Assembly (NCBI GenBank): GCA_019058295.1
Contig: JAHPZI010000022.1
Coordinates: 1 to 64,000, forward strand
Reading direction: 5' to 3'
DNA from: Promethearchaeota archaeon
Lineage (GTDB): Archaea; Asgardarchaeota; Lokiarchaeia; Sigyniarchaeales; SOKP01
DNA: 64,000 nucleotides
The notes under the pieces were generated by a model. That model had not been told where the DNA came from and searched no databases. It worked only from the letters and a program-made list of their open reading frames with translations. Shown piece after piece: positions 58,646 through 64,000 of this stretch. The translations under genes and the position numbers were made by a program. The stretch's first letter is position 1, and every line of letters begins with the position of its first letter.

Positions 58646-59602
58646 ATTAAGATATTACTGTTTGGTCCTGCTGGAGCTGGAAAAACTAGTTTGATGAGAA
58701 CAACCTGCCTAGGATACAACTTTATGAAAGTGGCAAACATTAAACCAACAAAGGGTATTTCCCGTGAAAATTTTATATTTCGTGGCATAATGGAATTGAC
58801 TATTTGGGACGCTGGAGGTCAGGAACGATATTTAGAAAGGTATTTCTCTGAATCTCAACGAGAACTTATTTTTTCAGAAGTTACTACGTCAGTTTTTATG
58901 GTTGATTCTACAGTTATAAATCATAAAGTAAAAGAAGTTTTTGATAAATTTTTAGAATATATAATTCAGTTTTCTCCTAATCTTGATAAAATCTATGTTC
59001 TATTGAATAAAATTGATTTGGAAAATTCAAAGGAAGATGACGTCTTTAAATTTTTGTCTGAAAATGTATCCGAAAATTTACGAGATAAGCTTGCTTTTAC
59101 TCCTGTCTCTGTCAAAGAGGGTAGTGCTCAGCATAGATTAATTGAAATTTTAGATTTTGAAATTCAAAAGTCAACATTAAGTATGCAAAAGCTGGGTAAA
59201 ATTAGATCCTTATTGGATAATTTAAAAACAAGTTCTTTATCTGAATATCTTCTATTTAATCAACCAGATGGATTATTAATCGCTTCTACATTTGGTAAAT
59301 TTGAGAGTAAGCCATTAGAATTCATAAGGTTTGAAATGGGTACATTGGACTCCAATCTTTATCAAATATACCAACAAGCAATGGAAATTTTAAATGTAAA
59401 AAATCTTAGTCCTTTAGGCCTTTCCACAATTATCTATGAATCAGATATTTGTTATGTTTTAGTTAAGGAAGTCAGCGATGGAGCCGTTTTAATGACAATT
59501 TCGAAAAATAAACGACCCGATGTGTTTTCAAATATTATAACAGCCCTAAATAGTCCAGACTTTGAAAGCTTAAAGAAATTTGTAAGCACTTCAGAACTAT
59601 AA
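58646..59602 (+). CDS. Rag/Gtr-like GTPase with C-terminal roadblock-like domain (start extended to a putative ATT)
   Basis: P-loop IKILLFGPAGAGKTS lies upstream of the track start; WDAGGQE.Y.E.YF...QRELIF, NKID; AGGTGA SD 7 nt before ATT 58646. Confidence 0.85.
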   Translation: MKILLFGPAGAGKTSLMRTTCLGYNFMKVANIKPTKGISRENFIFRGIMELTIWDAGGQERYLERYFSESQRELIFSEVTTSVFMVDSTVINHKVKEVFDKFLEYIIQFSPNLDKIYVLLNKIDLENSKEDDVFKFLSENVSENLRDKLAFTPVSVKEGSAQHRLIEILDFEIQKSTLSMQKLGKIRSLLDNLKTSSLSEYLLFNQPDGLLIASTFGKFESKPLEFIRFEMGTLDSNLYQIYQQAMEILNVKNLSPLGLSTIIYESDICYVLVKEVSDGAVLMTISKNKRPDVFSNIITALNSPDFESLKKFVSTSEL

Positions 59603-59685
59603 ATCAAATTATTTTTAAAAAAATACAAAAAAATAAAAATAAAGGAAAAAGAAAGTTTAATTTCTAATTTTTTCAAGTTTTTAAT

Positions 59686-60540
59686 TTATTGTTCTTTATC
59701 CATTAAACCTCTTTTTGTTAGAAATTGTTGCTTGGCGTGATGAGGTTTCCTAAGAACAGTATCGTTAGCTTTCTCTATTTCTCTAGCTTCATAACACATA
59801 AGTGCTGCGGTCGACATCATCTCGTGAGCCGCGGCTAATAAAGGCATATATTCAGCTCGTTCCTTTAATACAAAACATGCTTTTGCAGTTACTTTAGATA
59901 CAGATGCAGCTAATTCAAAGGCAGCTATTGCTTTAGCTTTAGCATAAGGATTGGAAAAGCCCGCAGCTTCAGTTGCAACGTTTGCATCTATAATAATTTG
60001 AGGTAAAATAGGATTTCTTCCTTCCAACATGTCCAATATAACTTTATTTAACTCTTCAGCTATGACTCTAAGTGCTCCAGTAATAGCAAGAACTTTTAAT
60101 AAATCCGCGTTAAAAATACTCATTTCAATAGGGTCTAAGAATGGTCGTCGTGCGCCAATCATACTGTCGCAATTAACAAGGATATAGCCCATTCCCTTTT
60201 CCTTAATTTCATCAACAGCCTTCTTAGCTGGTGAATCAGAAATAATTATGGTTGGAATTCCTGCTTCTTTTGCCTTTTCTCTGCATGCTTTAGGGCCTCC
60301 TAAGGCGGCATTAGGGCTAGACATAAGAATTAATTCAGGGTTCATTTCGAGTAATTTATCAATCGTTGGTAAACATATTTCTGGAGGGTGCATTTTAGCT
60401 CCAGATGTAACTTCTACTACATTGATCCTTTTTCCTTCAGCTCTTTCATCCATAAGGAAAGCAAGCAACAGAGAGCTTCCGATAGTTCCGTTCTTGAGTA
60501 TCCCGATCTTTAATACCTTGTCTTCACTCATAATTAACAA
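59686..60540 (-). CDS. mtd: F420-dependent methylene-H4MPT dehydrogenase
   Basis: MDERA, SGAKM, SPNAA..GP, DSMIGARR.FLDP.EM..FN.D, NPYAKAKA, AAHE; likely start ATG 60531. Confidence 0.95.
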   Translation of the reverse strand: MLIMSEDKVLKIGILKNGTIGSSLLLAFLMDERAEGKRINVVEVTSGAKMHPPEICLPTIDKLLEMNPELILMSSPNAALGGPKACREKAKEAGIPTIIISDSPAKKAVDEIKEKGMGYILVNCDSMIGARRPFLDPIEMSIFNADLLKVLAITGALRVIAEELNKVILDMLEGRNPILPQIIIDANVATEAAGFSNPYAKAKAIAAFELAASVSKVTAKACFVLKERAEYMPLLAAAHEMMSTAALMCYEAREIEKANDTVLRKPHHAKQQFLTKRGLMDKEQ

Positions 60541-60663
60541 CTTTTTTTTATTATTTCAATTAAAAATTTGATATCTCTTAAAATATTCCAAATGTTTTAA
60601 TTATTTTTTAAAATTAAAGATATCATTGAGTAATAATTTTCAAAAAAAAATGGTTGATGAAAA

Positions 60664-61587
60664 ATGATTTTAAACGGAGTAGAAATAGAGGATACCTATT
60701 GCGAAGGTTTTGGAGGGTTTTTTACCCGGATTTTGGTGACTGCGAAAAATGAAAAATGGGTGAAAATCGCTGCTCAAGAAGTTACCGGTTATGGTACGTC
60801 AGGTATTGGTTGTGATGCTGAAGCTGCTATTGATGTATTCGTTCCAGCAGATAAGACACCGGACAAACGCCCAGGAGTAATCCTAATGTTTTTTATGACT
60901 AAGAAGGATAAAGTTAGTGATGTCATGTTACATCGAATAGGTCAATGCATTCTTACTTGCCCTACTACTGCTTGTTTTGATGCTCTGAGTGGATCATTAG
61001 ATCCCGTTAAAGAATTTGCAATTAAAACAGGTTTTTTCTTGAAATTTTTTGGAGATAAATATGAAGAAAAAGTTGAAGGTGTCTACCCATTTCCTGCATG
61101 GAAAATCCCAATTATGGGTGGAGAATTTATAGTTCAAAGTACCTTTAAAGTAGGTAAAGGAATTGCTGGAGGAAACTTTTTAATAATTGGTAAAGACCAA
61201 GATTCAACTCTAAAGGCTGCAGAGAAAGCTATCGAAGCAATAAAAGATTTAGAAAATCTTATTACCCCCTTCCCTGGAGGTATAGTCCCCTCTGGATCCA
61301 AAGTTGGAACGAGGTATGAAAATATCCCTGGACTTTTTGCAACCACGAACCATAAATATTGTCCGACTTTGAGAGAAAATATTGAGGATTCTGAGTTGCG
61401 AGAAGGAGATGGATGTGTTTTTGAAATTGTTTTAGATGGCGCTACTGAAGATGTAATAAAAAAAGGAATGAAAATAGGAATAGAAGCAGCTGTGAAAGTT
61501 CCTGGAATAAATCGAATTTCTGCAGGCAATTACGGTGGGAAATTAGGAAAATTTCTATTTAAACTTCATGAGCTAGGTTTAGAATAA
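60664..61587 (+). CDS. ftr: formylmethanofuran:H4MPT formyltransferase
   Basis: NGVEIEDTYCE, TPD.RPG, RIGQCILTCPTTA, GIAGGN, SAGNYGGKLG. Confidence 0.95.
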   Translation: MILNGVEIEDTYCEGFGGFFTRILVTAKNEKWVKIAAQEVTGYGTSGIGCDAEAAIDVFVPADKTPDKRPGVILMFFMTKKDKVSDVMLHRIGQCILTCPTTACFDALSGSLDPVKEFAIKTGFFLKFFGDKYEEKVEGVYPFPAWKIPIMGGEFIVQSTFKVGKGIAGGNFLIIGKDQDSTLKAAEKAIEAIKDLENLITPFPGGIVPSGSKVGTRYENIPGLFATTNHKYCPTLRENIEDSELREGDGCVFEIVLDGATEDVIKKGMKIGIEAAVKVPGINRISAGNYGGKLGKFLFKLHELGLE

Positions 61588-61631
61588 AAATTATCAGAAA
61601 TAATTTGTTGTTAAATACCAAATTTTTTCTT

Positions 61632-63350
61632 TTATTTTAATTTTCTTTTTATTTTTCGTGGTTTTCTAAGTTCTTTTTTCTCAGGTTTTTCCTCTTCAAT
61701 TAGTTTTTTCGTTGGTTTTGGTTTAGTAGGAGTAGGTTCTGGTTTTTTGGGTTTTTTCTCCTTTTTAGATCTTTTCTCCAAAGCTTCTATCTTTTCTTCA
61801 GGTTTATAAATTAACATTTTTGATTTCATAGTATAATAAGTTATTCCAGTGGCAACCAGAATACCGATGATTAACCCGATTATTAACATAATCCAAGGTA
61901 AAATATTACTTAAAATATCTGGAATAACCGTAATTTTTTGGGGTGCTGTGTCGAAATCGTCATCTAAACCTACAGTTGCGCCATCAGTGTCAGTCACATA
62001 AACATAAACTTCCCAAGTTCCAGTAACTAATTCTGCCGTTCTAACAGTAATTTCAAGATCATCTTCGTATTCCCTTGTGATTTCATATTCATCATCGTCT
62101 TCATTTATAAGCAAGAGGGTTATGTAAGCAACTCCCTCAATATCATATACATCAAATTCAAAGACTAAATCTTCTCCATAATTCACAGATATGCTTTCGT
62201 CGGTATCATAATCATTAATTTCGTATCCATCGATTCCAGGGAGATTGTTTTTTACACTTATCGTACCCTTATATTCTTCAATTTCTTCGAAATTGTATAA
62301 GGTTTTGATTATATAATGATATATTCTCGCAGGATAGGTAGCATCAATAGAAAAAGTTGTTTTAAATCTTCCATCATATTTATTTGTCAATTCCGGGATA
62401 TAAATACCACTATCTATAAGATTAAAAGATACATTTATTAATTCAATCCTTAAATCATTCTGAATATAGCTTACATTCGTATCAAGATTACAACTTTGCT
62501 CCCTAAATATTGAAGTTGGATTAAATATTATTGAAGTTAATATAGAAACAGGTAATAGAACTTTAAATTTAAAATATGCAACAGCTATCCTTTTATAATT
62601 ATTATTTACATCAGTCATATTTACTTTTATGAAATAATTTTTATTCGTTTGTTCGTAAGTCTCGTTGATTTCTATTTTAATATGAAATAAATCATTTCCC
62701 ACGTTAAAAATATTTTTTTGGATGCTTTCATCTACGTTATCTACGACGGTTATATTCCATTTAAAACTATATGGAACGAAATCATAGACAATCAACGATG
62801 TTTCTAATGTTTCTCCTCTACGATATTCGGATTTTTCTGGATCTAAACCAATCAAACAATTTGATTTTACTGTAAAATTTGATATTGTTGTTTGAGTATT
62901 TAAAATATCATCAGTTTTATTATAAACTACAAATTTAACTTCGTGAAATCCTAATGGAGCATTATATACTGGTCTATAAGTATATGTAAAGTTTCCTTCC
63001 TGTCCAGTTACATTGTTCATAGCAAAAATTCCAACTGTATTATCGGGAAAATTAATTTTTATTTCCATACGTCTAACAGATTGAAAACCAGAAGCATTAA
63101 CTGTAAAATTAACTGAATGTAAATCTTGTAAAAATCCTCTGTATATTTCCGATGCATTTTGGTGGATATTTGAATAATTCAGAGGTTTTAGTCCATTAGA
63201 CATTTTTGGTTTAAATTTTATATCTAATTTATCTAAATCTTTGTTTTCTTCATTGGTTTGATTATTTGAAGAAATTATAGTAAAATTAAGAAATAAACCA
63301 AACAATAAAAAAAATATTAAGATTGTTGAAATGGTATTTTTTCTTTTCAA
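61632..63350 (-). CDS. secreted, membrane-anchored beta-sandwich surface protein
   Basis: signal peptide, beta-rich body with many NxT/S sequons, C-terminal TM and Lys/Pro-rich tail; GGAG SD. Confidence 0.8.
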   Translation of the reverse strand: MKRKNTISTILIFFLLFGLFLNFTIISSNNQTNEENKDLDKLDIKFKPKMSNGLKPLNYSNIHQNASEIYRGFLQDLHSVNFTVNASGFQSVRRMEIKINFPDNTVGIFAMNNVTGQEGNFTYTYRPVYNAPLGFHEVKFVVYNKTDDILNTQTTISNFTVKSNCLIGLDPEKSEYRRGETLETSLIVYDFVPYSFKWNITVVDNVDESIQKNIFNVGNDLFHIKIEINETYEQTNKNYFIKVNMTDVNNNYKRIAVAYFKFKVLLPVSILTSIIFNPTSIFREQSCNLDTNVSYIQNDLRIELINVSFNLIDSGIYIPELTNKYDGRFKTTFSIDATYPARIYHYIIKTLYNFEEIEEYKGTISVKNNLPGIDGYEINDYDTDESISVNYGEDLVFEFDVYDIEGVAYITLLLINEDDDEYEITREYEDDLEITVRTAELVTGTWEVYVYVTDTDGATVGLDDDFDTAPQKITVIPDILSNILPWIMLIIGLIIGILVATGITYYTMKSKMLIYKPEEKIEALEKRSKKEKKPKKPEPTPTKPKPTKKLIEEEKPEKKELRKPRKIKRKLK

Positions 63351-63360
63351 ATTAATCTCC

Positions 63361-64000
63361 TTATCTTCTTAATAATTTATGTTTTAGATATTTGCTTTTA
63401 TAATGTAAAATTATCCCTATGAAAACTACTACGGGAACCACATAAAAAAATATTAAATTCATTGTTGACAATTCAATTTCATATTCAAAATAATCCTCAA
63501 CAATAAGATTATCGGAGTCGTCTTCGATTTCAATATGGCAAAATTTAATCCCAAATTCATATGGATTCCATGTTGGTACAAATTTATATTCAATCCTGTT
63601 TCTTCCAGGAATCAATTCATCTATTTCTGTTTTTACTTTATCATCGTTAATAAATAAAGAAAATTCTTCTGATTGGCGTTCATTATTCTGAATTAATATA
63701 ATGAGATGAGCATCAGTCCCTTGTATTATTTTTTCTGGAAATTCGATGCTAATTATCTCGAACCTCGGAACGATTTCAACAGTTAAAATTTCAGTGTATA
63801 ATATTTCCTTTCCTATTGAAATAGTCATATCTATTTCAATTGAGATAGTTCGTATATTTGAAATAGTAGCTATGGAATAGGGTGCTGTTTTCCTTTTATT
63901 TTTTTCCAATGATTCTGTATTATTTGATTTAGTACAGTATGTACCTGAAAAAACCACATTAAAATTTTGTGTTACATTTGGTGATTGATTAATTAAATCT
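63361..64000 (-). CDS. membrane-anchored surface protein, 5'-truncated by window edge
   Basis: frame stays open to the window end; Ig/CARDB-like strands and C-terminal TM. Confidence 0.75.
   Translation of the reverse strand, partial: DLINQSPNVTQNFNVVFSGTYCTKSNNTESLEKNKRKTAPYSIATISNIRTISIEIDMTISIGKEILYTEILTVEIVPRFEIISIEFPEKIIQGTDAHLIILIQNNERQSEEFSLFINDDKVKTEIDELIPGRNRIEYKFVPTWNPYEFGIKFCHIEIEDDSDNLIVEDYFEYEIELSTMNLIFFYVVPVVVFIGIILHYKSKYLKHKLLRR

Overview
AT-rich archaeal chromosomal segment, almost certainly from an Asgard archaeon (Lokiarchaeia-like). The assignment rests on an archaeal pus10-rpl21e-rpo4-DUF655-rsmA-hemK2 operon, the H4MPT C1 genes mch/mtd/ftr, and many eukaryotic-signature-type genes: two Rab-like GTPases, a Rag/Gtr-like GTPase-roadblock fusion, a roadblock protein, Snf7/ESCRT-III, a steadiness-box protein, ubiquitin-like and RING proteins, and a presenilin-like protease. 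Two things stand out that the ORF track misses. (1) A divergent array of 27 intronless tRNA genes (30303-33334) covers all 20 amino acids, split into a 16-gene left operon and an 11-gene right operon with non-overlapping amino-acid sets. Each operon starts with a short, apparently leaderless ORF (28 and 29 aa) whose residues are mostly the amino acids of the tRNAs downstream of it, followed by a fold-back stem and a pyrimidine-rich tract. This is a candidate ribosome-sensed attenuation system controlling a back-up tRNA set. (2) A cold-shock protein gene (19750-20064) is interrupted by a 54-nt stop-containing insert that forms a canonical bulge-helix-bulge motif, and its removal restores the conserved GxVKWF motif. 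This is a candidate tRNA-endonuclease-spliced mRNA intron. Also noted: tRNA-Ile(UAU), atypical tRNA identity elements, and three genes that appear to need ATA/ATT start codons. All calls come from reading the sequence by eye; no searches were run.
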